Below, piece by piece: positions 53,715 through 63,549 of a stretch of 64,000 bases of DNA. A program made the position numbers and the translations under genes. A model generated the notes under the pieces. That model did not search any database. It saw nothing but the letters and a program-made list of their open reading frames with translations, and was not told the origin of the DNA. Source of the DNA: an uncultured Gammaproteobacteria bacterium (GTDB lineage Bacteria; Patescibacteriota; Microgenomatia; Levybacterales; UBA12049); NCBI GenBank assembly GCA_964497535.1, contig CAZCCG010000003.1:133499-197498 (forward strand), in the 5' to 3' direction. The first letter of the stretch is position 1; each line of letters starts with the position of its first letter.

Positions 53715-54596
53715 GTGAAAATCCAAAGAGATAGAAACACTATGCGTGGACAACAAGGACAAGCATTATTGATTGTGGTATTGGTTCTAATTGTTGCTTT
53801 AACAGTAGGTTTGGCAGTAGTATCCCGCAGTGTTACCAATATCAGCCTGACTCGAAATGAAGAGGAATCTTCAAAAGCATTCTCAGCAGCCGAAGCTGGG
53901 ATAGAACAGGCACTCAAGTCCAGTACAAATATCGCCTCAACTCAACTACAGAACAGTTCTACCTATAGTGTTCAGGTCACCTCTCTAAGCGGTACAGATT
54001 TCTTACTCAATGGCGGTAATTCTGTGTCAAAAAATGATGGTGCGGATATTTGGCTTTCCGATTATTCTGCTGATCCAAATCTTATTTATCAAAACCAATG
54101 GGGAACGTCAGCAGAGCCGGGATATATTACTGTGTATTGGGGTTTATCAAGCGATGCATGTACAACTCAACCGGCAACTAATACAATGGCGGCTTTGGAA
54201 ATCATTGTATTGAGCGGACCAAAATCAGCCCCGGTAACAACCCGTTATGCCTATGATCCCTGCGCCGCAAGGAGAAATAGCAATAATCTGTTAACGCCGC
54301 TGTCTGCCAATGGAGAAACAATTGGTGGAAAGAGCTTTGCCAACAAAACAGCAACAATCACAGTTGTGTCAGGGCTTTTTATGAGAATTGTTCCCTTGTA
54401 TTCGGGTACTCCAATTGCGGTACGGGCATGTACAAGTAGTAATTCAGCTTGTAGTACTCTTCCACCACAAGGAACTAAAGTAGTATCGACCGGAATCGCA
54501 GGGGAGACGCAGCGTAAGATTGTGGTATATCAGGCGTATCCGGGTATTCCTACAGAATTTTTTCCTTATATATTATTTTCACCAACTACTCAATGA
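53715..54596 (+). CDS. minor pilin (PilX-like)
   Basis: G/QALLIVVLV lacking Glu5, AFSAAEAGIEQAL. Confidence 0.85.
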   Translation: MKIQRDRNTMRGQQGQALLIVVLVLIVALTVGLAVVSRSVTNISLTRNEEESSKAFSAAEAGIEQALKSSTNIASTQLQNSSTYSVQVTSLSGTDFLLNGGNSVSKNDGADIWLSDYSADPNLIYQNQWGTSAEPGYITVYWGLSSDACTTQPATNTMAALEIIVLSGPKSAPVTTRYAYDPCAARRNSNNLLTPLSANGETIGGKSFANKTATITVVSGLFMRIVPLYSGTPIAVRACTSSNSACSTLPPQGTKVVSTGIAGETQRKIVVYQAYPGIPTEFFPYILFSPTTQ

Positions 54597-55645
54597 AAAA
54601 TAGAACATTTGGACTCGATATTGGGGCATCGTCTATAAAAGTAGTCTGGCTTGAGCAGCAAAAGAACGGGTTTCTATTACGTGCGGCTGTCAATGCGCCT
54701 TCTCCGTCAAAAGGCATGTTATCAGAATCTCCGTTAGATCAGGAAGAGATGGCTCAGACAATACGAAAAGTAATTGATGAGGCAAAGATTTCTACCCAAT
54801 TTATAAATCTTGCATTGCCGGAAAGTCAGGTCTACACACGGGTAATTGAAATGCCTGTTTTGTCTGAAAAGGAGCTTACCTCAGCAATTTATTGGGAGGC
54901 TGAACAATACATCCCCGTTCCCCTTGCAACGCTAACCCTTGATTGGTCAGTTCTTTCAAGGCCAAAGAATAATCTATCAAGTGAAACAATGCAAATTTTA
55001 TTGGTAGGTGCACCGGCACAACTGATTAATAAGTATGAAAAAACTCTTGCAATGGCAGGCTTAACAATTACAACTGTTGAGACGGAAATCCTTTCAGCAG
55101 TGAGAGCGCTTAATTATCTTCCCGGAAATAGTAAGGCTGTAAATACGCTTACGATGCTTATCATTCATATCGGTGCAGTCAGTACTGCTTTGGCAATTGT
55201 AAAAGAAGGGGTTATTGTATTTGCTTATTCTATTCCTACCGGTGGTCAGGCAATCAATAGATCGATTGCTTCAGATTTTGGTTTTACCCTTTCTCAAGCA
55301 GAAGAATATAAAAAAGTATATGGAGTTTCCCAAAAATCTCTCAACGGTAAGATTGGAAAAGCAACCACGCCTATACTTCAATCAATAGCTGCTGAAGTTA
55401 AAAAAGCAATCTCATTTTTTAATGAGAAATATAAAGAATCCAATCCTATCCAGCAAATTGTTCTTTCCGGTGGAACTGCAAAGCTTCCTGATATTGAACT
55501 TTTTTTTGCACAAAGTTGCGGTATAGAAACAGTCATTGCGAATCCCTGGAAGGTTTTAGCAGACCAAACAATCCCCAAAGAAATATTGGAAAATGCTCCT
55601 GATTATACTATTGCCGTAGGGCTTGCAATGAGAGAATATGAGTAA
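54593..55645 (+). CDS. pilM: type IV pilus assembly protein PilM
   Basis: GLDIGASSIK, EAEQYIP, LSGGTA, AVGLAMR. Confidence 0.93.
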   Translation: MKNRTFGLDIGASSIKVVWLEQQKNGFLLRAAVNAPSPSKGMLSESPLDQEEMAQTIRKVIDEAKISTQFINLALPESQVYTRVIEMPVLSEKELTSAIYWEAEQYIPVPLATLTLDWSVLSRPKNNLSSETMQILLVGAPAQLINKYEKTLAMAGLTITTVETEILSAVRALNYLPGNSKAVNTLTMLIIHIGAVSTALAIVKEGVIVFAYSIPTGGQAINRSIASDFGFTLSQAEEYKKVYGVSQKSLNGKIGKATTPILQSIAAEVKKAISFFNEKYKESNPIQQIVLSGGTAKLPDIELFFAQSCGIETVIANPWKVLADQTIPKEILENAPDYTIAVGLAMREYE

Positions 55646-56174
55646 CGATATCAATCTCCTAAAAAAAAATAAGAATCAATTTCAAGATTTATCCCCAACC
55701 CTTAAAAAGGTACGAACGTTTGGGATTATCAGTCTTTTCCTAGTATGTATTCTCTCGGTAGGGCTATTTATTGTAAAGCTTCAGTCCCCTATTTCTCAGT
55801 TGCAGGCAGAAGAGGAAGTTATGAGAACTCGGGTGAAGCAGCTTTCCAAAAAGCAAACCAAAACGCTTTTTATAAAAGAACGATTACAAAATATCAATCA
55901 GATTTTAGCTACCCGTACACAATTTGAGAAATTAATGAACAATATGACTCAAATCATGCCTTCGGGGGTAACTGTTGATGCTTTTTCTATTGATAAAAAA
56001 CAGGCTAATCTTACCGTTACTTCACCATCACTACTTCCTCTAAAAGAATTTACCCAGCGAATTTTAGACTATTCAGAGGCAAAAAAGGAGTTTTTGACAG
56101 TAGTTATTGAAAATACTGCCTATAGTGAACAGAGTCACCTGTATAAGTTATCGATAGTATTTACTTTTATATGA
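55638..56174 (+). CDS. pilN: PilN-like protein
   Basis: INLL motif, single TM, position after pilM. Confidence 0.7.
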   Translation: MSNDINLLKKNKNQFQDLSPTLKKVRTFGIISLFLVCILSVGLFIVKLQSPISQLQAEEEVMRTRVKQLSKKQTKTLFIKERLQNINQILATRTQFEKLMNNMTQIMPSGVTVDAFSIDKKQANLTVTSPSLLPLKEFTQRILDYSEAKKEFLTVVIENTAYSEQSHLYKLSIVFTFI

Positions 56175-56935
56175 GTTCACAGATTCTGTATATATCTCAA
56201 AGACAATTGCTAAATTATAGTTTTTATAAAATACTCTATTCTAAGTATAAAGAAATTATTATTGTTGTGGCGTTATTGTTAGTATCGATACTCCTGCTCT
56301 TTTTTGCGGTGATTCCACAATTTCAGGATTGGCAATTAACATTGGATGAAGAACATATGGAACAGGCGAAAATTTCAATACTTAAAAATAATTACGCTCA
56401 ATTGGCAGGATTGAATGATGCTCAAATCGATACAGATGTTACGTTAGTATCCCAAGCATTTCCTATTGATAAAGATTTTATTGGTGTTTTGGGAGCAATA
56501 TCCAGAGCTGCGGTAAAATCCGGGGTATCACTTCAAGATTATACATTTTCAGTGGGTCAATTAACGCCAACGGGTCCCTCACAGAAAAAACCCTCTCTCG
56601 ATCTGAAAGTTATCGTGAAGGGTTCGGTTGGACAAACACAACAATTTATTACGCAGCTTGCTTCTCAATTACCGTTATCAGAAATTACAAAAATTGATGT
56701 TGGACAACAAAATTCAACGATTGCACTTTCTTTCTATTACAACCCGTTTCAGGAGCTTACGTTTCAGGCAGATGTCCCTGTTAAGTTATTATCAACACAA
56801 GATACACAATTATTGGATAAACTTTCACAGTGGAAGCAAGATGAGGAGAATACTATTATTCCTGGTGCTGTGGGAAATATAAATCCGTTACTTCCATTGT
56901 CTCCTTCCCCTTCAAGCAGCACGTCTGCTCTTTAA
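56171..56935 (+). CDS. pilO: PilO-like protein
   Basis: Single TM then coiled coil; position after pilN. Confidence 0.65.
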   Translation: MSSQILYISQRQLLNYSFYKILYSKYKEIIIVVALLLVSILLLFFAVIPQFQDWQLTLDEEHMEQAKISILKNNYAQLAGLNDAQIDTDVTLVSQAFPIDKDFIGVLGAISRAAVKSGVSLQDYTFSVGQLTPTGPSQKKPSLDLKVIVKGSVGQTQQFITQLASQLPLSEITKIDVGQQNSTIALSFYYNPFQELTFQADVPVKLLSTQDTQLLDKLSQWKQDEENTIIPGAVGNINPLLPLSPSPSSSTSAL

Positions 56936-57619
56936 CAGGTCAGGACGGTGTGTTTGTGTTACTCTTTCTGCCTGTTCCATTCTCCATTTCTCGATTTCCC
57001 CGTGATTTCCGTTGAGAAGCACTTGTGGAACACTATGATCATTATATGTTTGAGGTTTGGTATAGTGTGGATATTCAAGTAATGAGGTTTGAGTATCGTT
57101 GGCCAGAGAAAAAGACTCAAATAAAGTGGCGTCATCTTTGATAACACTGGGGATAAGTCGTACTATGGCATCAGTTATTGCCATACAGGGAATTTCCCCT
57201 CCTGTTAATATATAATCACCAATTGAGATTTGTTCGTCAATAAAATTCAAAATCCGTTCATCAAATCCTTCATAATGCCCAGCGATGAGAATTACGTGGT
57301 CTAGGGTACTGAGTTGTTGTGCTTTCTTTTGAGTAAATGGTGTGCCCCGTGCATCCAGAAGGACAGTATGTGGTTTTATTGCGGGCGTTTGTGCTTTGAT
57401 TTTTTCAATTGCATTGTGGACGACATCCACCCGAAGAACCATCCCCGTTCCCCCACCATAGGGAGTATCATCTACTGTTTGGTGGTTCCCGATACCAAAA
57501 TCACGTAAATTCACTATTCGGATATCGACAAGTTTCTTCTCTTGTGCTCGATGCACAATAGAATGATGAAATGGTCCATCAAACATTTGGGGAAATAAAG
57601 TGACAATGGAGATAATCAT
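56912..57619 (-). CDS. trmD: tRNA (guanine-N1)-methyltransferase
   Basis: TLFPQMF, DDTPYGGGTGM, GHYEGFDER, SIGDYILTGGE. Confidence 0.96.
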   Translation of the reverse strand: MIISIVTLFPQMFDGPFHHSIVHRAQEKKLVDIRIVNLRDFGIGNHQTVDDTPYGGGTGMVLRVDVVHNAIEKIKAQTPAIKPHTVLLDARGTPFTQKKAQQLSTLDHVILIAGHYEGFDERILNFIDEQISIGDYILTGGEIPCMAITDAIVRLIPSVIKDDATLFESFSLANDTQTSLLEYPHYTKPQTYNDHSVPQVLLNGNHGEIEKWRMEQAERVTQTHRPDLLKSRRAA

Positions 57620-57643
57620 GTGTTTATTGTACCAGAAGAAAGA

Positions 57644-57880
57644 TTATTGCTCGTCGGCAAGCGTTATGGAGACTTTTTTACTTTGTTTCATTGCCGGAAT
57701 TTTCATAGTATTTCGAATTGCTTTTATAACTTTCCCATTTTTACCGATAACTTTTCCCATATCGGTTTTTGCGACAGCAATAGTCAGGTGTATCAAGCCA
57801 TTTTCCTCTTCTTCAGTGATAGTGACTTGCTCAGGGTTTTCAACAATTGAGGTAACGATGTGCTGCAGGGTATCTTTCAT
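57644..57880 (-). CDS. khpA: KH domain RNA-binding protein
   Basis: DMGKVIGKNGKVIKAIR; between rpsP and trmD. Confidence 0.9.
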   Translation of the reverse strand: MKDTLQHIVTSIVENPEQVTITEEEENGLIHLTIAVAKTDMGKVIGKNGKVIKAIRNTMKIPAMKQSKKVSITLADEQ

Positions 57881-58107
57881 TTTTGTAACAGCTCCTTCAC
57901 GCTTGGGGTGGTTTGTGCACCTTTGGAGACCCAATAGCGTACTTTTTCCATATCTATTACTTTTTTTGAGCTTGTTGCTGTTTTTTCATACCATCCCAGG
58001 TATGCCACAGCTTTGCCATCACGTTTGCTGCGTTTTTCTTTTACAACAATCCTGTATTTTCTTTCTCCTCTTTTGCCTGTTTGGGTAAGCCGAATTACAA
58101 GTGACAT
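57877..58107 (-). CDS. rpsP: 30S ribosomal protein S16
   Basis: IRLTQTGK...YRIVV...RDGK...LGWY...GAQ. Confidence 0.93.
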   Translation of the reverse strand: MSLVIRLTQTGKRGERKYRIVVKEKRSKRDGKAVAYLGWYEKTATSSKKVIDMEKVRYWVSKGAQTTPSVKELLQK

Positions 58108-58163
58108 AACTATGATTATACTAATTTTCTCTCCATTTCTCAAGTACGGTCTCAAAATTGCCA

Positions 58164-58841
58164 TTATGAGCTTCGAAGGGGTGCTTTTAATTGGGTAAGA
58201 GCTTGGGATGCAGCATTCTCTTCTGCTTCTTGTTTGGATTTCCCGGTTCCCTGTCCCAGTTCCTGGTCATCTACATATACGCCTACCGTAAATATCTTGG
58301 CATGTGCCGGGCCTTCTTCATGGATTACACTATAGATAGGTGAATTTTGCTTTTGTGCTTGTACATATTCCTGAAGCAAGCTCTTGGGATCCTTGAATAC
58401 TCTATTTTCTACTAATGGCTCAAGCAGAGGGAGAAAACATGCCATCAGAAATGTTCTTACGACGTCAACGCCCTGGTCTAAATAGAGAGCTCCAATGTAT
58501 GCCTCAAAACAATCTGCCAACAGAGAAATATTTTTTCTTCCTTGTGAGTCCTCTTCTCCTTTGGAAAGCTTGAGATATTTTCCAAAATCAAGGCTTGCCG
58601 CTATATTTGCCAGTGATTTGGTATTTACCAGGAGAGAACGGATATTGGTAAGAATTCCTTCATTAAAATCAGGGTACCGTTCATATAAATAAGAAGAAAT
58701 AACAAAAGAAACGATAGAATCGCCTAGAAATTCAAGCCGTTCGTTCGATTCTATTTTTTGTTTGGCCTCATTCAGATAAGACCGGTGGGTGAAGGCTTTG
58801 TCGAACAGAGCTTTATTTTTAAATTCAGGTAATGTTGGCAT
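58164..58841 (-). CDS. rnc: ribonuclease III
   Basis: THRSY, NERLEFLGD, DCFEAYIGA, dsRBD. Confidence 0.96.
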   Translation of the reverse strand: MPTLPEFKNKALFDKAFTHRSYLNEAKQKIESNERLEFLGDSIVSFVISSYLYERYPDFNEGILTNIRSLLVNTKSLANIAASLDFGKYLKLSKGEEDSQGRKNISLLADCFEAYIGALYLDQGVDVVRTFLMACFLPLLEPLVENRVFKDPKSLLQEYVQAQKQNSPIYSVIHEEGPAHAKIFTVGVYVDDQELGQGTGKSKQEAEENAASQALTQLKAPLRSS

Positions 58842-59184
58842 AGGTTAAAATTTTACCCAGAGCACCATTGACGAATGCAGGACTTGTTTCTCCTCCATAT
58901 TCTTTCGCAAGTTCTATTGCTTCATCAACTACTACTTTGGGAGGTTCTTTTTTCGCAACCAGGAGTTCATATGCTGCCAGTCGAAGAACCGCTAAGTCTA
59001 CTTTGTTTATTTTATCTATGGGAAATTCGGGGGCGGCGTTTTTGATGGCTTCATCGATCGTATCTTTATCCGCCATGATTACCTTGGCTTCCGGAGTGAC
59101 TGGTTGTGAATGAAAGTCAAACTTAAATAGTTCTTCTACCAGTTTTCTTCTTCGTGTATGTCTTGGATCAAACTGTGACTTCAT
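58825..59184 (-). CDS. nusB: transcription antitermination factor NusB
   Basis: VDLAVLRLA, DEAIELAKEYG, FVNGALG. Confidence 0.92.
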   Translation of the reverse strand: MKSQFDPRHTRRRKLVEELFKFDFHSQPVTPEAKVIMADKDTIDEAIKNAAPEFPIDKINKVDLAVLRLAAYELLVAKKEPPKVVVDEAIELAKEYGGETSPAFVNGALGKILTYANIT

Positions 59185-59374
59185 TCTTTTTGGTAGGTTT
59201 ATTGCGTAATACTTGTTTTCCTTTATAAAACCCGCAGTTTTTGCAAACAATATGAGGGAGAATAATCGCACCACAATTTTGGCATAGTTGCGTTTTAGTC
59301 ACCGTGAGGTGAATATGTGCTCGTCTCTTGCCTTGTCTGGCCCTGGAATGGCGTTTTTTTGGTTCTTGCGGCAT
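59168..59374 (-). CDS. rpmF: 50S ribosomal protein L32
   Basis: PKKRHSRARQGKRR, CQNCG, PHIVCKNCGFY. Confidence 0.94.
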   Translation of the reverse strand: MPQEPKKRHSRARQGKRRAHIHLTVTKTQLCQNCGAIILPHIVCKNCGFYKGKQVLRNKPTKKNEVTV

Positions 59375-59454
59375 AGTAGGTTCTATTTTACCTTATTTTC
59401 ACAGAGGTTGCAATACAGGCTGGGCTTGGGATCTACTTCTTGCGTCTTGAGTCT

Positions 59455-59527
59455 AATTCAAAATTTAAAATGTAAAGGTCAAACCTTGCCTGCCGGCAGG
59501 CAGGATTGCAATTCAAAAGTCAAAATT
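59455..59527. repeat. heptamer array with nested cctgccggcagg palindrome
   Basis: aattcaa aatttaa aatgtaa aggtcaa, then perfect tgcctgccggcaggca (59487-59502), then aattcaa aagtcaa. Confidence 0.7.
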
Positions 59528-59550
59528 ATAGACTATAAAAATCTACATTT

Positions 59551-60474
59551 ATGAAAACAACAGAGTTTCACAAGATTATTTGGAATTACTATGAGATAAA
59601 TCGACGAAAGTTACCGTGGAGAGAAACGAGTGATCCTTACAAAATCTTTATTTCCGAAGTGATGCTTCAGCAGACTCAGGTACCGCGGGTTTGGGTGAAA
59701 TATCCTGAGTTTATTCATGCTTTTCCCACTTTTAGGGCATTAGCAAAAGCGCCATTTGAAGCGGTGTTAGGTCAGTGGCAGGGCTTGGGGTACAATCGGC
59801 GGGCGTTGTACCTGCAACAGTCAGCACAGCAGGTTGTAGAGGCATACAATGGGGTTCTTCCATCAGATGAAGTGGCATTGGAGATGCTCCCGGGTATTGG
59901 GCCTGCGACTGCTCGGTCTATTGTGGTGTTTGCCTTCAATAAACCGTTGGTATTTATTGAAACCAACATCCGCCGCGTCTTCATCCACCATTACTTTAGG
60001 GAGGGTCATTCTGAACAAAGTGAAGAATCTCTTGCGAATGCGAGTTCTCAAACAAGCTTAGAGATCCCTTCCTTACCTGCCGGCAGGCAAGGAAGTAAAA
60101 GAGTTCTCGCTAACGCTCGAACAATAGAAGGAGTTGATGACAAACAATTGTTTCCTCTGATTGAACAGACCTTGGATCGCCGCAATCCCCGCGAGTGGTA
60201 CTATGCGTTAATGGATTATGGCTCAATGCTTGGCAAAACAATTGAAAACCCCAACCGGAAGAGCAGGCACTATACCAAACAATCAAAGTTTGAAGGCTCA
60301 ATCAGGCAGGTCCGCGGACAAATCCTTAAGTTATTACTTCAGAATAAGACAATGAACCGTCAGGAGTTGGAAACACTCTTCAAAACCGATTCTGTGCGGT
60401 TTAGTAAGGCACTTGGGCAATTGGAGCAAGAAGGATTTATTGTAGGTGATGAAACATTACAACTGAAATCTTAG
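59551..60474 (+). CDS. mutY: A/G-specific adenine glycosylase, short form, with repeat-derived insertion
   Basis: LPWR, SEVMLQQTQV, WQGLGYNRRA, LPGIGPATA, ALMDYG. Confidence 0.9.
   Translation: MKTTEFHKIIWNYYEINRRKLPWRETSDPYKIFISEVMLQQTQVPRVWVKYPEFIHAFPTFRALAKAPFEAVLGQWQGLGYNRRALYLQQSAQQVVEAYNGVLPSDEVALEMLPGIGPATARSIVVFAFNKPLVFIETNIRRVFIHHYFREGHSEQSEESLANASSQTSLEIPSLPAGRQGSKRVLANARTIEGVDDKQLFPLIEQTLDRRNPREWYYALMDYGSMLGKTIENPNRKSRHYTKQSKFEGSIRQVRGQILKLLLQNKTMNRQELETLFKTDSVRFSKALGQLEQEGFIVGDETLQLKS
60005..60124. repeat. composite REP-like insertion in frame in mutY
   Basis: gtcattctgaacaaagtgaagaatctc...gagatc, 28-bp palindrome 60068-60095, gttctcgctaacgctcgaac. Confidence 0.6.
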
Positions 60475-60527
60475 ATAGGTTTATTGTAGATTTTGGATGA
60501 ATTATGAATGCGTCATTTATAGATATG

Positions 60528-60556
60528 AAAAAAGCCGGGGTAGTACTACCCCGGCT
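60528..60556 (-). terminator. intrinsic terminator
   Basis: Perfect 24-bp palindrome agccggggtagtactaccccggct followed by a T tract on the minus strand. Confidence 0.8.
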
Positions 60557-60575
60557 ATGGTGCCGTTGACGATGG

Positions 60576-60731
60576 TTACTGAGTGTGTTCCTTTTGGTAC
60601 TTGCGGTACCCGAACCATTCAATGGCATTGTTGTCACCGGCAAGCATTGATACCAGGTCATACAGCTTCCGCTGCCATCCTGGTAGTTGCTTGAGCCACT
60701 GACCGACCGTCGGACCGAACTCGGAATCCAT
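60576..60731 (-). CDS. 51-aa small protein not in the ORF track
   Basis: AAGGAGG-7nt-ATG, TGgTATAAT upstream, terminator downstream; MDSEFGPTVGQWLKQLPGWQRKLYDLVSMLAGDNNAIEWFGYRKYQKEHTQ. Confidence 0.65.
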   Translation of the reverse strand: MDSEFGPTVGQWLKQLPGWQRKLYDLVSMLAGDNNAIEWFGYRKYQKEHTQ

Positions 60732-60901
60732 TGTTTATCCTCCTTGTGCGGCTATGTGCTACTGGCTGAAGAATTATACCAAAAAGAACGAATGATTGAT
60801 ATGGTTTGACATAGTACCTGACTGTCTTTGATAATAAATCCCGATGAACTGTCATTTAGGAATTGTTATGGAGTTTGACTTCTGTAGCATAGGGTACTAT
60901 T

Positions 60902-61420
60902 CTAAAGTACTTTTTCCATGATATATTCGTCATGTTCCCGTCCGTCACCCAACATATACTTCTCTGTTCCAACAATTGTCAATCCAAATGTTTGATACAA
61001 TCTAACTGCAGACTTCTGTTGTTGGTTCACCATAAGTTTGATCCGTTTTACCGTAGGCATTTTTTTTAATCTTTCTATAATTTCTTCCATAAGTCTTTTG
61101 CCGATTCCCTTCTTTCTATACTGTTTATTTACATAAACACCCCAAATATACCCTATTCCTAGATTCTCCTCACTTTTATTAAAATAAGCTCCTATCATTC
61201 CTACTAATTTCCCCTTATCTTGTGCAAAGAGCATTATATCTTTGTCTTCTTTTTCTGCTGCTGTTACTCGTTGTATCCATTCTTCATCCGGTTTGGTTTT
61301 TGCTTCACTATATCTTGCTCCAAAAGCATGTGCTTCATGCTTCAACGCTTCTAACCGGATATTTTTATATTCTTCCCAACGGGATAGTGGGAGGGAGACA
61401 ATAGTAATTGATGATTCCAT
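60902..61420 (-). CDS. GNAT family N-acetyltransferase
   Basis: VYVNKQYRKKGIGKRLM, AVRLYQTFG. Confidence 0.9.
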   Translation of the reverse strand: MESSITIVSLPLSRWEEYKNIRLEALKHEAHAFGARYSEAKTKPDEEWIQRVTAAEKEDKDIMLFAQDKGKLVGMIGAYFNKSEENLGIGYIWGVYVNKQYRKKGIGKRLMEEIIERLKKMPTVKRIKLMVNQQQKSAVRLYQTFGLTIVGTEKYMLGDGREHDEYIMEKVL

Positions 61421-61496
61421 ACAGCCAGTATATCAAATGGTTTAGTCAGCTATAAATAAATGAAGGTCGTCTTCTCCTTACTTAGTACAGTTGATA

Positions 61497-61518
61497 ACTG
61501 GCTTTCCTGGTTATGTGG
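61497..61518 (+). repeat. direct repeat copy 1 (actggctttcctggttatgtgg)
   Basis: Near-identical to 63934-63956. Confidence 0.5.
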
Positions 61519-61583
61519 AAACATACATTTCTAATCTTCTAAGTCAAATTTTTTTCTAGTATGGTATGCTAATTAAATACCGT

Positions 61584-62987
61584 ATGAAATATATTATATT
61601 TACCTTTGACGGATCAGGTATTCCAGTCGCGCAACATTTGCATTTGGAAGGTCAAGATGTAGTACTCGCTCAAGTCGAACACATGAGAAGTTTGGCAGCC
61701 GAAGGTGAGGATGAGTATATAGAAAATCGGAAAGATAAAGAAATGCGTCTTGAGGGATTTGATGGGCTGGTTAAGAAAAAACCGGCAGAAGAAATCTTGA
61801 AAGAAATGAAAACATATAAAAATCCACAGGATTATTTTGTATTTTTTGACACGAATGGATTATACGCACTTGCAGAACAAATCAAAGATCTTGGATTTCA
61901 TGGTAACTTTCCAACCCGTGAAGATTATTTATTTGAAGTCGATCGAGATAAAGCAAAAGAGTTTGTAAAAAAACACTACTCAAAATTAAATATAGCACGC
62001 AAGAAAGAATTTACGAGTATTTCCGATGCGAAGAAATTTTTAGCAAATACAGACGAAGTCTGGGTGTTAAAAGGTAATAGTGATTCAACGAATGCTTTTG
62101 TCCCTGATGTTGATGATCCAGTTCTTGCAGCACATCAAGTAATTGAAACTTTGGATAAGGACTCTGACTCTTATCAATCGGAGGGATTTATTCTTGAACT
62201 ACTTATCCCTTCGGTTATGGAAATAACTCCTGAAAAAATATACTATGATGGGGAACCTGTAGCCGTTACTGTAGATATTGAAAATAAACCTATTGGGAGT
62301 GGCAATATTTCTATTCAAACCGGTTGTGCTGCAGATCTTGTTTTCCCTATCCCCGATAGTGATAGGATCAACCAAATTGCTTTTCCACCAATAATTGATG
62401 AAATAGCAAAAAAACACAAAGGACTGTTTTATTGGGATGCATCAATTTTGATTAATAAGAGGGACGGAAAAATGTATTTTGGAGAATTTTGTCCAAATCG
62501 CCCTGCATACAATGCTTCTTTTACAGAATTTGCCCAATGCGGTAGTGTACATGAGTTTTTCGAAAAGGTATCGCAAAAGAAAAATCCATTTACATTAGGG
62601 ACTGTTGCTACATCTATTCGGATTTTTAATTTTCATAGAGACAATGATACGCAACAAATCCTAGGTGGGTTGACAGTCGATTTCGCACCAGAAGTTGAAA
62701 AAGATATTTGGTTATGGGATGTAAAGAAAAAAGGAAAAAAACTTGTTAATATTGGGTATGGTGATGTAATTGCAGTTATCACCGGATCGGGAACATCTGT
62801 GGAGGAAGCAGTCAATAGAATGTATAGAAATCTAGAGAAATTTTCTTTCCTGGGAGCGTATTACCGCCCAAAAGCAGATTATTTATCACTTGGATACTCA
62901 ACATCCATTCTTAACCGTCTCAATTACGGTATGGAACGTGGACTTTATCAGATACCATTTAATGTTAAAGTAGGAGATATTCTTTAG
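61584..62987 (+). CDS. divergent PurD-like ATP-grasp ligase
   Basis: EVDRDKAKEF, WVLK, GSGNISIQTG, YFGEFCPNRP, VITGSGTSVEEA resemble GARS ATP-grasp; canonical PurD N-terminal motif absent. Confidence 0.65.
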   Translation: MKYIIFTFDGSGIPVAQHLHLEGQDVVLAQVEHMRSLAAEGEDEYIENRKDKEMRLEGFDGLVKKKPAEEILKEMKTYKNPQDYFVFFDTNGLYALAEQIKDLGFHGNFPTREDYLFEVDRDKAKEFVKKHYSKLNIARKKEFTSISDAKKFLANTDEVWVLKGNSDSTNAFVPDVDDPVLAAHQVIETLDKDSDSYQSEGFILELLIPSVMEITPEKIYYDGEPVAVTVDIENKPIGSGNISIQTGCAADLVFPIPDSDRINQIAFPPIIDEIAKKHKGLFYWDASILINKRDGKMYFGEFCPNRPAYNASFTEFAQCGSVHEFFEKVSQKKNPFTLGTVATSIRIFNFHRDNDTQQILGGLTVDFAPEVEKDIWLWDVKKKGKKLVNIGYGDVIAVITGSGTSVEEAVNRMYRNLEKFSFLGAYYRPKADYLSLGYSTSILNRLNYGMERGLYQIPFNVKVGDIL

Positions 62988-62990
62988 ATT

Positions 62991-63428
62991 TTAGCGTATT
63001 TTCCAGATATTCTTTTGTTTTTTACTTCCTTTTTTCTGTGCAGGTTTTAGTTTCACTTTCACGGTATAGATAGATTTTTGATAGATTTTCCAATCTATTC
63101 CCATGTTTTCAAGGAAATGACGCTCTATAGTATTTGCCATACGATGATATTTACAATATAGTTTATACTGCTTTTTATATTTTTCTTGGGCAGCATAATC
63201 CGTATCAAATGCGTCAATCATAGATACAGGAATCCCAGCCGATTTGATCAAGGTATATTCGATAAATTCATGCAAAATAATACCATTAATGAAAATGGGG
63301 TTTTTCATGTCATACGCAATGATAGATGAATCGAAATAATCGCCTACATCCTCGTATCTCATTGATTTCCGCGTTTTGAATTTAATCTTAGAGTAATCGA
63401 TCAGCTTGGATAAATCTCCTCGTTTCAT
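62991..63428 (-). CDS. hypothetical protein with HExxE and distal H...E motif
   Basis: LHEFIEY...YHRMANTIER. Confidence 0.65.
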   Translation of the reverse strand: MKRGDLSKLIDYSKIKFKTRKSMRYEDVGDYFDSSIIAYDMKNPIFINGIILHEFIEYTLIKSAGIPVSMIDAFDTDYAAQEKYKKQYKLYCKYHRMANTIERHFLENMGIDWKIYQKSIYTVKVKLKPAQKKGSKKQKNIWKIR

Positions 63429-63481
63429 AGTCCTATATTATATCAATACTAGTGGCTTTTAGTAAAGGAGTGAAAGTATGA

Positions 63482-63515
63482 AGGCCGGTACGGTTCCCGA
63501 TGGAACCGCCCGGCC
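63482..63515. terminator. GC-rich hairpin, possible terminator
   Basis: aggccgg..ggttcc cgat ggaacc..ccggcct downstream of the 63550-63876 ORF. Confidence 0.45.
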
Positions 63516-63549
63516 TGGTGATGGCAGACTATAAGTGAATTACCTGAGG

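Noticed and set aside
57600-58088. 162-aa plus-strand ORF
   Set aside because: Antisense shadow of khpA and rpsP
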